A stretch of 64,000 bases of DNA, taken from the NCBI RefSeq assembly GCF_009914755.1, contig NC_060931.1, one strand, 5' to 3'. The position numbers and the translations under genes were made by a program. The DNA comes from the human T2T-CHM13v2.0 reference genome, Homo sapiens. Every line of letters starts with the position of its first letter. The first letter of the stretch is position 1. This document shows, piece after piece, positions 13,673 to 28,600 of the stretch. Under the pieces are notes generated by a model. That model saw only the letters and a program-made list of their open reading frames with translations. It searched no databases and was not told where the DNA came from.

Positions 13673-14729
13673 CTATATTAAGGCCTCTATAAAAAGAATG
13701 TTCATAAGGAACTTTTAGCCTATTTTAGCTCTCTGTGAATAGATGCTCCTTACAACTGTCAATTATTAAAATTTTACATAGATATATGTATAACCACTTA
13801 ACAGTATATTTAAAAAAAATCTCATTTTAAAATTATGATTAATCCGATTAATCTGCATTACATTATTTTCAAAAATGTTTTACAAATCTTATCTACATTT
13901 TTCATTGTCATTTATTTCCTTCTGACTATTTCTTTAACCCATTTACAGGATAGATTAACTATCCTATCAATAAGTTAAAAACTTTAAATAAATTTAAAAA
14001 GATCTACACATTAAAAATTTTCCCCAAAAATACAATTACAGAACATGTTCACATAGTAAAGCCTGCTACTTGATTTCTTTAAGTTACGTTGCATAAGTAG
14101 AAATCTGTTCATAAGAGTTGTTTTAAGTATTTAACTGGTAATGCTTACTTTGCTGAACAAAGAGTAGAAGTGTCATATTTCTGTAAATGGTATTGCAAGT
14201 GATTTTTTTATTAGAGAGAGAAAGAATAGGAAAGGTACTTTACTACTTTATATTGAAGTGAGAACTGATCTCATCTATATGTACTTTTTCATATTCTCTT
14301 TTATAAACAAGATTCCATCTTAAATTGCTAAGCATTTGGCTCTCTTTTTAGACTCTGGATTCTATTTCTGACAGTGGCCCGTCAAAGTTATGACCTTCAT
14401 CATCTCTAGTCTCAATTTTGAACAGAGTGGCCTGCTTAGAGTAGGAGTTCACAGCTTTCTTAGAGAACAAAGAAGTATGAATCAATGTAAGTCTCTGGTT
14501 TGGACAGAAGTATGTATGAAGGAAAAAACAAGTACTCTTAAACCTTGATTTTTTTTAAACTAAGTATTCTGAAAATATCCCTGCCAAGAACGTTAATTTC
14601 TTTTTAACTTTAAGGATATGTAAATATACACACATACATACACTTGCCATAACCTAGAAATTTAGAAAATGGTATGGTGAATCAAGTAATCCAATTAAGG
14701 ACAATGTGATCTCCTATAAAAAGGTGCTA

Positions 14730-15140
14730 AATTTTGGGTCAGCGAATCTCACTTCTTGTATGGGATCCATTGCCAAGTAATTCTGTGACTGTGCAAAAGT
14801 CATTTAAATTCTTAACCCCAGTTTTCTTATCTACCAATGGAGTCAATAATGATGGTGCTATCCCTATCTGCCTATTAGAATGTTATAAAGATTTTAATTA
14901 GTAGTGGTAATAGTAATAACACTGAATGTTTACCTACAATTTTAATTTCAGAGCCCTTCCACTTATACTGCCAAATGTGATTTTTAGCTTACGAATACTC
15001 TCACATTACAAATAATGAAACTAAACACTTAAAAAACAATAAAGTCACCTGACCAAATCACACAACAAATAAGTAGCTGATCTAGGTAGGATTCATACCC
15101 ACATTGCCCAACTTTAAAATCTCATATTTTCCAGTTTTCC
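14730..15140. mobile_element. MIR fragments
   Basis: Degenerate MIR core (CTGTGACTGTGCAAAAGTCATTTAAATTCTTAACCCCAGTTTTCTTATCT) plus an opposite-strand piece (AATGAAACTAAACAC...). Confidence 0.55.
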
Positions 15141-15816
15141 AAAGCACCATCTTATGATTAATTTATCAAGAGGGATGGCAGACTTCAAAATACTTTATAA
15201 TATGAACTCTGATTTTCTTAATCTCTTTACCCATCTTTAAAATGTAGATACCACCTCATTAAAAGAGCATAAAATGACGAAATGCATATAAAGTGCTTCG
15301 TGCACAGTTTGAAATGCATGGTGTTCAAACTACAATCTCTCTTCCCTGTGACAAGAGACCAAACTCCTTTCATATTGAAGTAAGATAAAGACAAGAAACA
15401 TTGTTTGTAGTGAAAATGTTGCTTCCTTATCAAAGGTAACAAGATATACTTTTCGGTGAATTCATAGTCATGTCACTAAGAGTGGACATATGTGAGAGGC
15501 AGAACTAGGACCAGAACCCATATTGTTTGACACCTTACTGATGTACTTCATACTATTATTACTTTAAGGATAACCAGTATAAACTTCTAACAAATTATTT
15601 ACCTCTTTATCTTCAGTGTAATAATATATTAGAATTATTTCTAAATGGAGCTTATATTTATCTAAACTAAGATTAAGATACCAAGAGAATTTAGTTTAGT
15701 TATAAATTAAAGATGTGAAATAGGGGAAACTGTTAGATATGTGTGTTTTCTCAAGGAATATAAACAATGAGCAAGTTAACCCTTTACTATATTCAGCTTA
15801 CTGATCCAATAAATAC

Positions 15817-16124
<308 letters not shown>

Positions 16125-19100
16125 TAAATGATCTTAACGGTGGGTATCTGCCTTCACAGCAGAACATCTGTTCCTATCAAGCTACTAATATATAACAACA
16201 GGCTTACTAGACATTATGAAAGCTGGCTCTCCAGAAAGATACCTGAAACATCTAGTCATTTAAAAGCTGAAGGTATAAAAAAAAAATAAAAAAAAAAAAG
16301 GCTTTGGTTCCAATGATTAAACTTATGTATGTATATAATATTAATATTACATATAATGTATATGCCTAGGTGTATATTAACACATAAATCCAGGGAATAT
16401 CCAAATCATAAGAAAACAGTGCAAACTGGATCACATCAAAGATGAGAGCTAAACAGAGTGTTTGTAAACGTAATTAAATAATACATGTTTTTAAATGATT
16501 GAATTATATTTCTTTAATTTAATTAGAAAACTACTTTAAATAAAGGTAAATTCATTTTGTTATAATTAGGATATTCTCACTTTAAACAGTATGAACAATA
16601 CCACAGAGATTATCAGAGAATTGCAAAAAACCCAATAAACTTTGTTTTCCAAAAACCTTATGCATAGAATCTAGGTACTTTATTTTTTTCTATTGGCTCC
16701 ATGCAAACATTAGGACCAGTTAAAGCATACATGGCTGTGACAAGCAAAGAATGAACAAAGAAACTGACCAAACTTGGCATCACAGGCTTAAAATATTTCA
16801 AATCCTCATTGTTATTTAGAATGAAAAATCCCTGACATTTCACCAAGAAGAATACCAAGGCTGAAGATGTAAAAATGAAGAATCAAGTCCTTTAACCCTT
16901 TATATAATATACTTGTTTAAGCATTTGATGATTTAAAGTTTTTAAATTATACCAGTGTTAATTTTAGTTATAACATGAATTTAAAAAATAAAAAAATAGT
17001 GCATAAATGTATGGCATAAAAAGTAAAAGCCTCCCTCACTACCACCAAGCCTTCCTCTCTGGAATCAATCAGTATTAACTTTTGCTTTTAGTTTTTCTTG
17101 TGGTAGCCAATAGAATATCAAATAGTAGATTTTGATTTTATTTTTATGTATAAATTGAAAATCTAATGTATTTTTACCTTGTTATCCAAGGTGAATTTTT
17201 TCATAAGACAACATTATACTATTATCTGTTTTTAGGAATAGAAATAGCTCCTTATGCTGTGGATTTCATAAAATGCTCATTCCTTTACATCCACATTACA
17301 ACAGGCAGGAGTGAAGAAAACATCTCAGAGTTATCCACACTCCTGGGTACATTCACACCCTTTCCTTTCTTAGTACCCTTACCCTTGACCCACAGCCTCA
17401 GTTAGGACTACAGCCGATTAGAATTTTAGTCACCATTAAAAATTCTAGATTGCCAAGTAACTTATCAATTTCAGACTGTAATCACCCAATAGAAGGGAGT
17501 GAGGGAACCCTACAACCCAACCCCATCCCTCTCTTGGAACATACTACAACCCTCCCCTACTTCAATTTTCTTCATAACACATTGTCATCTGTCTCACCAT
17601 ATGTTTTATTTATTTATGACTCTTAATAGAATACATGCTCCATAAGGGAAGGATTTTTTCAACTTTGTTCACTCTCATATTCCCAGAGTCTAGAACACAC
17701 CTGAAGTATGGTAGATGTTAAGTAAGTAAATACTTTTTTTTCTTTTGTTTTTTAACTCTATGCAATCTGGGAAAATTCTAGGTCCTTATTTTTTAGACCA
17801 TTAACTGAGTTCCTTTTTTTTTACCCTCAACCAGCCCATTGAAATTTGTGTATGTTAACTATAGAGAAAATATCTTCTTACATATCTCTCAGGAATAGTA
17901 AGAATTTTCTTACATTCTTTGAAGAATGAACTTTTTCCTATGAGGTTGATTGTTATTTTTGTTATTGTTTCTGTCAGTTCATATATGTCATTCATGCCAT
18001 GTTATTGCTAAAATGTCTAGTTAGGCTCTTAATCCACTCATAGGTAATCAACAGTTTTTTGTCTGTTTGTAGACAGTTCTGCTTCCCCATTTGTTCTCTA
18101 CTTCGAATGAGAGAAAACAGGATGGCAGGGGGTCAGTATCCAAGTAAGGACAGTTTTACTCTGATGGTAATAGTTCAGGGGATTTGACTCATAGATGAGT
18201 AATGTTCTATTTGTTTTCTTTTTTGCAATACCCCATTGTGGGAGAGAAGCATCACCTCCACTTCTATTCTTCTTTTTGAAGGTCCTAGTTTTCTCATGGG
18301 GGCCCTTCCTCAGGCAGGTCACCCTTTCATTTGTGGATTAATCTCTGGCTTTAGCCTGAAGGGGTTCCTCCTGTACCTTGTCTTCCCAGTGAAGATTAAG
18401 AAAGAGACCAATTGTCCTTTTGTTCCTACTGCAGTTCTGAAATTTATTCTTTGACTACTACCACATCCCACTACTGCTTTTTATATTTTTTGATTCCAAG
18501 TTAGGGCTTCTCTGAGGTCTCCTGACTAGCCACTTGGACAGTGGTTTTCTCAGCTCTTTTTCCTTTCCATTTTCTTTCTACCTTCAAGGAATTCTTCAAC
18601 ATACCAACTTATGTTTTTGGAGCTCTTTCACATTTCTTGGAATGACTATACTTTAAATCTTTTAGAAAGTGGGACTTGAAGATAGAGGAGATGAGCATTT
18701 GTGTGCTCAGTCCTCCTTTTTAAGAGGAACTGTGTGGCAGTTTTTGCTTAGAATTTAAGCTTAAAAAAAAAGTCTCTGTGCTAAAAACAGCAAGCAACTA
18801 AAAAGAGAACATCCTCTTTTCTAAAAGTTCTTTCAGTTACTTCACCATCAGGAATGTCTTACAGGCTTTCTCTCTCCACAGATTCCAGCCTCTTGACATT
18901 TGGCATAGCTCCACTATTTTCTACCAGCTCTTCTGAACAACTTCTCCCCATTTCTCTTACTAGAAAAATAAGATGCAACAGGATTATCCACGGAAAGGTC
19001 ATGGGCAGTTAAGCCATTTAACCCAACTGAAGAATTTCAGTCATTATTTTTTTGTTTTGTTTATTAAGTGGAGAAAGTTTATATGAAAGTTGATATATGC

Positions 19101-19828
19101 AAGTCAAGGAGTTTTTTGTTTGTTTGTTTTAGCTCATTAAAGGTGGCTATGGTTTTGTTAGACAAAATATCTGGCTTCTGCCAAAAGACTTATATATGTG
19201 CCATAATGACTAAAAAAAAAATGGCGAGAAAACTTCGCTTAAATCCATTTTAATCCCTAACATTTGGTTCATTTTCAACATTCTGAAAAGTGATAAGTCG
19301 TTTTCATTTATTATGAAATTTAATAAGAGTTGGGAAAATTACCAAACATTAGGGACAGGCCTTTAGATCTCTGTTCCTAAATATATCTTGAGTGAGGCTA
19401 CATACCAAAAGAGATAAAGTAAATCAACGAAAACAATATACTTCTGCCTCCAATTAGAAAGCAAACGTTCAGGTTCTGTGTCAAAATGCATGCCCAAAGA
19501 GAGGACAAATATTAGAGAGATTTATTCAATTAATGGGCCACAAGAAGAGATACAGCTATACACCCCTCTGGTCAAGGTCTAGGCATCAAAGGCCTAGGCT
19601 TGCAGCCAGTGGATTCTTAAGGTTTGTTTGGAACAGCATACATCTTGATAGCCTCCAGAGAAGGCAGTTAATTTAAAGGTGATCCTCTTCACATAGATGT
19701 TTGGGTTGCCTAAAGTGCTCATGTGTGGCAGGGTTGGGTCGGGGAGTGATGATTCGTGAGTTTGGAACTAAGGGAGTAAACATGTCCCCTTCTCTAAAGC
19801 TTGTGGCTGAGTGTAGCTAATTATCTAG

Positions 19829-19856
19829 TCCTTCCTTCCTTCCTTCCTTCCTTCCC
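19829..19856. repeat. (TTCC)n microsatellite
   Basis: Read directly from the sequence. Confidence 0.9.
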
Positions 19857-21157
19857 AGATCTGGTAGTCATTACAGAGCCATGATGGTCACAAGCAAATA
19901 TAGTCATAATTCTGATAGATTGGTAACAAAAAATATTAGAGAAATTCTTCCTTTTTTAAGGAATGTTAAGTGTATCTATTTCACCCATACATTACGCAAG
20001 CAAAGATTTACATGCATATAAACAACAAGCTGGAAAATAATAAATTCACATAATTGTACCAAAGGATGTCCCTATCTTGCATAGAAAAACTGTTTACTCA
20101 ATCTGAATACTTGAGGGCAACTTGACCCAGAGTGTTACATCCTCTTTGGAAGATGCAGATTTACTTTTTCATGGATACGTATGAAAGTTATGGTGTTTTA
20201 CACCACAACTGTGACAGAAGTGGTGGTTGTCCCCAAAATTTCATCAACCTTATCTCCTGTAACAGAAGCTTACAGCCTCTCTCTAGAGTTCTAACTTCTC
20301 AATTCTGACCTCCATAAAATTTAGGAGTTAGAGAAACTGGCCATTTGGTAGGCAGTATTAGAAAAGATGCCTTTCTAGAGTTCAGAATTAGACCTTTTGA
20401 TTGCGTTTTTTCTTATAGGAAAAAAAATCAATGAAAGTTAAAATGAAACGATATCACTAATACTGTTGATCGAATGTCTTTAGATGGCTGCCTCAGCATC
20501 TAAGAATTTATGATACTGTTATCTATGTAAAAAAGAATGTACAATAAATTTAAAGGCCAAATTTGTTTCAAATATTAAGATCATCTGTGTTGCCATATAT
20601 TGCAACTTTAAAAGCACTTCATGTATCTAAAATACCTTCTCATACAAATTTTCAGTTAATCTTCCAGTGTGTCTGGCAGAGAGCATGTTATTATTTTCAT
20701 ATGTCAAATGGTGCCATTGTAACAGAAAGTGTAAATGGCTTGTCCAAGTTTATTCAGTCAATAAGGAAATGCCTTCCTTTACATAGCTAGTGAGCTTCTC
20801 TACCTGCCCTTATGTTCCTAGCTTCTTCCATGCTCATTTATGTGTGTTCAAATTCTTATTATCTTTCATATTCCCAGCTCACATACTTCACCTTTCATGA
20901 AGATAGCTGTAATATCCCCCACTAATTGTGATGGTTTCTTCCTTTGACCCTGTAACACTTCATCTCTCTTCCTACCATAGGTAAACTGATTTGGAATCGG
21001 AATGATTGGCTTCTGTTTGTGAATATACTATCTGGGTGATCCTCACAACTAAACTAACTATAGTAACTACTTGAATGCCAGTTTCCTCATTGGTATAATA
21101 GAGAAGAAACACAAAATTATGGGAAGTTTAATTTTAATAAAACAAAGGACTCTGTGA

Positions 21158-21482
<325 letters not shown>

Positions 21483-22377
21483 CAAAGTTACTTTTTATAG
21501 AAATAAATATATAGATGTTCTTTTTATGTGCAACTTGTATTTCTCCTATTTATGGTTGAGAGAAGACTGCATATCTAACAAATATTTGATTCTCCCATAG
21601 CATTCAATAATGCTTTGTAACTAGGCATTTGATACAAATTAGTACAATGAACCATCAAATGTGTATCATATTAATTGAGGTAACTTTCAAAAAGTAGAAA
21701 GCTCATCACTACCTGCTAAATGTGTAAGGCTAAAATCTGACTTCAACCTATCTCCAATCTCATTGCCCATTTCTTTTCCAACACCCTAGCTAACCTACAT
21801 TTATTCTTGACTCCCTAAAATATACTCTGTACTTTTGTAGCTCCAAGTTTGGGCCCAAATCATTACACTCTTTCATGTCCTATATCTATTGAAATAGTGC
21901 CCATCCTTATATGCCCAGCTCAAATGCCATTTTCCCCATGAAGTTTTCCTTAATCTCATCCCCTGGAAATGAGCACTTTCTACTCTGAAGTCCATATTTA
22001 TTCATATCTCTCACAGCTCTTATAATCTGGTCACATATATTATATTTTCTTGTGCATGTATTATCTCGTGATTTTTAATCTATTAAGATCAACATTCACA
22101 TTTTAGTTATCTTTATATCTCACCAAACATATAACAGAATATCTTCCACATAGTAGGTATTCAAATAATAACTGTCTTTCTTACATTGGATGTAGAAATA
22201 ACATATACAGCTTAAATTTCCAGCTGCATATTTCTGCCTTGTAAATTGCCACAAAACCAAGACAAATCCAAACACTATAAAGTGATCATCTATCATCTGA
22301 AGTCATTATTACTTCACATTCCTATAAGGAGAGTATAATATGGGGAGAAACATATTTTACCAAGGCTTAAAAAGCTA

Positions 22378-22464
22378 CATATATATATGTATATATAAAA
22401 ACATATGTATATGTATATATTGTATATATAAACATATGTATATGTATATATGTGTATATATATA
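22378..22464. repeat. (TA)/(TATG)-rich compound microsatellite
   Basis: Read directly from the sequence. Contains a duplicated AAACATATGTATATGTATATAT. Confidence 0.85.
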
Positions 22465-23966
22465 AACTACTTATAATCTGATTTCTTCCATAAGTCAAAT
22501 GCAGCATATTCTTATTAATTGTAGTTTTATAAGTAAATGATTATTTACTTGAAAAGTTAAATTACTCAATATTACTTTTGTTTAAAAAAGTAAAGGTTAC
22601 TTTAGAAAACAACCAAGAGTTGACATATTTTAAATTTGCATCATTTTTCATAAGTATCCACATTAACATAAATTACCAATGATCATCATTATTGTTATTA
22701 TCATGATAGATTTCATTTATAACAAAAGTATACAAGCTTCACGTCTCAGGGATATTTAAATCATGTAATCCTTCACTGCCTGCTGTGTTACTTCCTGGGC
22801 TGTTTGCAGATGTAATGCACAGATAGCCCACTAACAGCTGTCCTCCAGACAGGCTAAATGATTTCTGTGCCTTCTCATTAAGTAGAGGCTATTAGATCTC
22901 TTACAAAAATGAATCCCTCATATTCTCTTAGAGCCTAAACCTCTTCTCTATTTATATGCTGATCATTACCTACTAAATGTGGAAAGCCAAAGTCTGACTC
23001 TAACCTATCTCCAACCTCATTGCCCATTTCTTTATACCATCTTCACTGTTTTATTTCTTAATGCCAGAGAATTTCTGAGTTTTTAAAAATGCTTTGTATC
23101 TTCTTGTCTCTTCCCCTAAAAAAAAAAAACCTCTGAATCTCTACCTATTAAAATGCTACATTATTCCAGGCCTTTTCATGCTGAACTAATATTAATAAAG
23201 TCAGTTAACTTGCTGAGAACTACTCTTCTATCCTCAATCTGAGTAAACAAACTTGTACTCATCTATATCACAATTAACCTTTTTATAATTTGATGAGTCA
23301 GAAAGTATTACCCAGCTAACCCTTGGAAACATTAAGGCTACCCAGATTCAAGCCTAGGCGATATAAACTGTCATCTGAGAAGTCAGCCATATATTCTGAA
23401 CCTGCTCTAACAACTTCTTCATTTTGTGAAATGATTTAATACTGTTATTAAGGACTCTCAACATGCCCTCATTTGATATATCAGAATTACTAGCAGGGAA
23501 AAGGGATGTGGAGATTAAAAAACTATATTCAGTTTTAAGTTAAAATTGTATTCAGAATTTGAAAACATTGTCCACTTTTTTTCTAACACAAATATAAATA
23601 ACATTTATGAATACCAAAATTTTGATAGGTAGGAACACCAATGTAAAAGTTAAAGCAATACCATTGTATGCTAAATAACAGTGTGGGTCTTAAATACAGA
23701 GTGAAATGAGTAGATGCCCAGCATCTTTCAATCAATTTATATTTGTCTCATATGTCAAATTTTCAGAAATTGTGGCAATGTTTGAGGCTTCTAGTCAGAG
23801 AAATGTTAAAAAAAAATTACAACTGGCAGAAAACAAAACGAACGAAGGAGGGGAGAATCCAGAGAAAGACAATGCCATCATGTCATATATGTGTTTAGTT
23901 AAGCATCATTTGTATAAGATGATGATATGGCTGAAGAGTATGGACTCAGTGAATAAATGCACTTAC

Positions 23967-25611
23967 CTCCGTTAAATGAGGATTGGGATTAAAACCACAG
24001 AGACTACAGACAGTGGTTTGACACTCAGTGCATGTGTTAAAATTGGCCTTTTCTGGAACATGCAACAGAAGTTCAGTGGTATTGCAAAGAGGACAGATGG
24101 TTTTAGGGAGGCCTTGTGAAGGAGGCTGTTTTGCAGATGGAGACACTGTTGGTGGCTGCAGAGGTTTTCCAGATCCTGTTTGGCTTACTGGTTTTGTAGA
24201 TTGCTGAGCCGAGGGCTTTGCTGGGCTAGGCTGTTGAGCTGAGGGTTTTGCTGAGCCAGGCTGTTGAGATGGGGGTTTTGTTGAGCCAGGCTGTTGAGGT
24301 GAGGGCTTTGCTGGGCCAGGCTGTTGAGGTGGGGGTTTTGTTGAGCCAGGCTGTTGAGGTGGGGGCTTTGCTGAGCCAGGCTGTTGAGGTGGGGGCTTTG
24401 CTGGGCCAGGCTGTTGAGGTGGGGGCTTTGCTGGGCCAGGCAGTTGTGAAGGAGGCTTTGTTGGGCCAGTCTGCTGGGCAGAAGTCTTTCCGGGTCCTGC
24501 CTGTTGAGCTGGAATCTTTCCTGGCCCAGGCTGCTGAACTGGAGTCTTTGTAGGCCCAGGTGCCTTAGCTGGAGACTGTAGCCCAGGTTGTTGAGCTAGG
24601 GGTTTTGGTGTCCCCACCTGCTGGGTTGGAGGCTTTGCTGGCCCTGGCTGTTGAGCTGGAGTCTTTCCAACTCCAGGAGGCTGAGCTAAAGCCTTTGGCC
24701 CAGGCTGCTCCGATGAAGGCTTCTCTGACCCAGTCTGCTGAGCTGGAGGCTTAGCAGGACCAAGAGGCTGAGCTGGAGGCTTTGTTGTCCCTGGTGGCTG
24801 GACTGGGGGTTTCACTGTCCCTGGTTGTTGAGCCAATGGCTTTGTTAGCCCTGAGGGCTGAGCTGGGGGCTTTGCAGGCCCAGGCTGTGATTTTTCATGT
24901 CCAGGCTGCTGTGCTGGAGGTTTTCCAGGAGTTGGTTGCTGAATAGGTGGTTTGGATGGGCTTGGCAGTGAGGGTTTAACTGATTCTCCCCTTACTATGT
25001 CTGCCTGTTTAGTCTGAGGCCTGGATGCATCTCGTTGAAGTGGCAATTTTGCATGGTCTGTCTGAGGAGTCTGGGTAGGACCCTGAATTGGCTTTCCTGT
25101 ACCTGGAGGTTGTGATTTAATTTTTTCTGGTTGTTGAGAAGATATTGATTTGGGAGTGCCATCCTGCTGAAGCGGATCCCTACCAGGTCCTTGCTGCTTA
25201 GGAATCGGCTTGGGTGGCTGTTGTTGTAAAGGAGGTTTTATGATTCCTTCAGGTTTTCCTTGCTCCTTCTGAACCACTTTTTGTTTCTTGGTGGTTTCTT
25301 CCTGGGATGCCTCAGAGTCTGATATCAAATCAAAAGGGTTGAATTTATTTACAACAGAGGAAACAGCACTTAAAGCGTTAACCTCTGAGAGGAAGCCAGG
25401 CATCATACTAGACTTGTGCTCTTCCTTTAAATCAGTTCTGGACTTTGATTCTTTCAAGCTAATAGTGGAAGGACTCCTCCCAGGCAATTTCTGCTCTGAC
25501 CTGAAAGTGTCTGTAGTTCTACTTTTACTGAGACCAGGTTGAGCTGGACGCCCAGGGTCCGGGGGTCTTCCTGATTGCTTTGGAGGATGACTACTATCCA
25601 ACTCTTGTTTC
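23967..25611 (-). CDS. PCLO: PCLO exon 2 (1645 nt): Pro/Gln-rich Q domain and N-terminal part of Piccolo zinc finger 1
   Basis: ORF 23946..25643 encodes [12 protein letters not shown]...CPLC...CTEC...[14 protein letters not shown]. Acceptor is T17-AACTCTTCTAG|G and donor is GAG|GTAAGT. Confidence 0.97.
24200..24960 (-). repeat. PCLO: Coding 30-bp (10-aa) degenerate minisatellite, [10 protein letters not shown] type
   Basis: Repeated GGGGGCTTTGCTGGGCCAGGCTGTTGAGGT units on the + strand, most homogeneous at about 24230-24445. Confidence 0.92.
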
Positions 25612-28600
25612 CTAGAAGAGTTAAAAAAAAAAAAAAAAATCAAGTGAAAATAATGGAAATTATTTCAAATCAAAGTAATACAAAAAACCTATTGCTTATA
25701 TCTTCAAAATTATGAATGTATAAATATAACTAGAACCCATTTTTGTAGCATCCTTTAAGTGATCATAAAAGTTTTAATGCTTTTTTTTCTTTCTTTAAAT
25801 GGGTAGAGATTTTCAACAAGCAAGTGAAGAAAAAAAAACTTGCTCTTATGAGTGATAAAAATTAAAATATATAATTAGAAAATACTTATAATAAAAGTAA
25901 TTTACCTTTGCACTTAATAGAATCTGGCCTTAAAACTTAACTAAATATAGGTTTAAATTAAAACCTCAATAAATCAATACAGAGTCATATTATAAGGCAT
26001 ACATGTTCACAGAGTGTATTTTTTTCTTTTTATCAAAAGTTATGGTCTTTTGATATAAGAAAGTCTTCCAAATGCTAGCAGCATTGAGAATTAAAAATAT
26101 TCATTTTTAAATATAGGAGTCTGCTGAGACTTCTTAAAAATTTCATTTTGAGAATTTACATGAACTAAATAGGGAATATAATGTGAAATAAGGGGAGTTT
26201 CTGATAATGGAGTTTACATGATGCTTTCCCAGGAATGCTAAAAAGTTTATAATCTATTTAATTTTACTTGGGCTTCTAGTGATCCAGGTCACTAGCCAGG
26301 AGAGACTGGGACACAGACGTGGGCACCTAAAATCATGACAGTCCCAGAGAGTGACTGGGGATTATCCCCATGCCTCCATCTAGAAAGGCACCATTCATCA
26401 AATATTATCCTTATGAAACATTACAGAATGAGAATTTCTACATTCATTATTTAGACATTCTTGAGGAACAACCCCATCTTTATTATTGAAGATCAGTGTT
26501 ATCTTTTTTAAAAAATAACTGATTATTAACCCAAAATTTTTATGGGAAGCATAATAGATGCTTAAATCATCTTGAGATATATCTTGGTATCCATATATCT
26601 TACTTAGTGTTTGCTACACTATCTCTTAATGCCATTGATTGATTATTAGTAATCTAATTTATTATTGACATTGAGATTAAATGTAGCAAGTAGTTAATTT
26701 TCAAGATACATCTTAATGCATAGACAAATATACAAGACATATTTTTTAAAACAGCCTTGGAAACATGATACATTTTAAATGACTATGGTTAAATAATTAA
26801 AATAGGAGTTTCTTATTTTTTATATATCTATTGTTTTAGCCAAAAGTCATATTAAATACAGAAACTTTTAAAATAATTCATACTTTAACTTTTAAAATAA
26901 TTCATACTTTAGTGATAAAGTTGCAGCTAAAAGAATATTCTGAATTAGAATTATGGAGAAAATCATATTATAAGTATTTTATTTGATATATGAGGCTTTT
27001 TAAATTTTGAAAAATGTTTCTTTTTAATTAAAGGAAACAAGAATAAAGAAAGTAACTTAGTAGCACCTAAAATATAATATCAGAATAAAGATTTATAGGT
27101 TCTAATTGGGTTTACCAAAATTTACCTGCTAATGAGACAGACTACAAATATTTTATTTCATATTCAATACTTCTTATGAATTAACTTTTTCCAAATTTCC
27201 TGACATAGAAATTTGAGTACAGGTCAGGATGTAAGAGATAGCAGAAAGACGCAAAGAAGCATTACTTCTAGGTAGCAAGCACTTAGAAGAAAAGAAAATA
27301 ATCTATAAATGGCAACGTATGCATAAAGTGATTTTCTGGTAAAAGACAAATAAGTAGATTCTGAATTTTTGAAATTTCCTCCAAGGAAAAGTTTACAAAA
27401 ATATATATATTCTACCATGTCTCTCAAGGCTTTACTTAAACAGAACTAAAAGTGTTACCCTAGTTAATTCCAATAGTTCCAAGCTAGCTCTTAAAATGGA
27501 CTGCTACATATTTCCATTTGGAGAAAATCATTCTGAACATTTCTTTATAGGTACACTATTCAGACCTTGACATTATTCTATAAATCTTCTATATTTACTT
27601 AATATATTGTACCATTCCCTTGAACAGCACATGCTTAGGGCTGATTACAGGTATGGCAATCCTATGAGTAATCATTAGGCATTTTATTTAAATAACTTCC
27701 CTGTACAGAGTCCTATAAATCTAACTTTAAGCAGAGTACCAAAAAAAAAAAATCTACCTTAATTATACTAAATTCTTCTCTCTTGAAAATACTACTAAAC
27801 TTATTTTAATCATTGTTTTAATATTTCACTTAATCCATCATATTTGTAAAACAACAAAAAATAAACTTCATGAATGTCAAATATTTGTGATAATCAGAAA
27901 CAGAATTGAAAGCAAGCTGCTTGCACCAGGAATTATAATTGCATGTACTTCCTACAAATATAAGTTGTACTTTACTATAGAATCCCCATCAGAAAATAGG
28001 CATACAACCCTAAAGACTGTCTTATAATTTGAACTTAGTTAGTTGCTATAACTATGTAAATAAAAGTAAAACACAGAGATCTTTGAGTGGGAAATGGAAA
28101 GAAAATCAAGAGAAAAAACTGCCAATACCAAACAAAAACGTAAAGGTGCTGCTGTCTTTTGGTGAAATTTTGTTAGGCATAACAGTTTTACTGTTAAAAA
28201 GAAAAGTGATTAAAATGCAATCTCTGCCTTGTATACTAGACTGTGAACTCCTAGAGAGAAAGGATATATTTCACTTATCTTTGCATCATTAGAACCAAGT
28301 CTGGCAACTAGTAGATGAGCATTAATATTTGATGAATTAATGAATAAGTGGATGATTAACAATGAGTGAACCAAGGAATAAATATATCATGTATTCGTTT
28401 TACTTTAATGTTTCTTGAATTGCTTTCACTTAAAATTCTTCTACAGGCCTTGAGATATAAATGGATAAATTTCATATTCTCTTTAGAACCTGGATTTGGC
28501 CTGCACCTTTAGGAAGAAGCCCAGTAGGGGAGGCTGAAAGTAGTAAAGAAAATAATCAGTTCAGTCAGAATTCTTATTAAATATTCTACTAATCAGAGAA

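Noticed and set aside
24248-24553. Antisense repetitive ORF ([10 protein letters not shown])n
   Set aside because: A by-product of the stop-free 30-bp coding repeat, with a non-ATG start.
26863-26910. 24-bp tandem duplication (a similar one at about 54671-54719)
   Set aside because: Ordinary slippage duplications with no functional hint.
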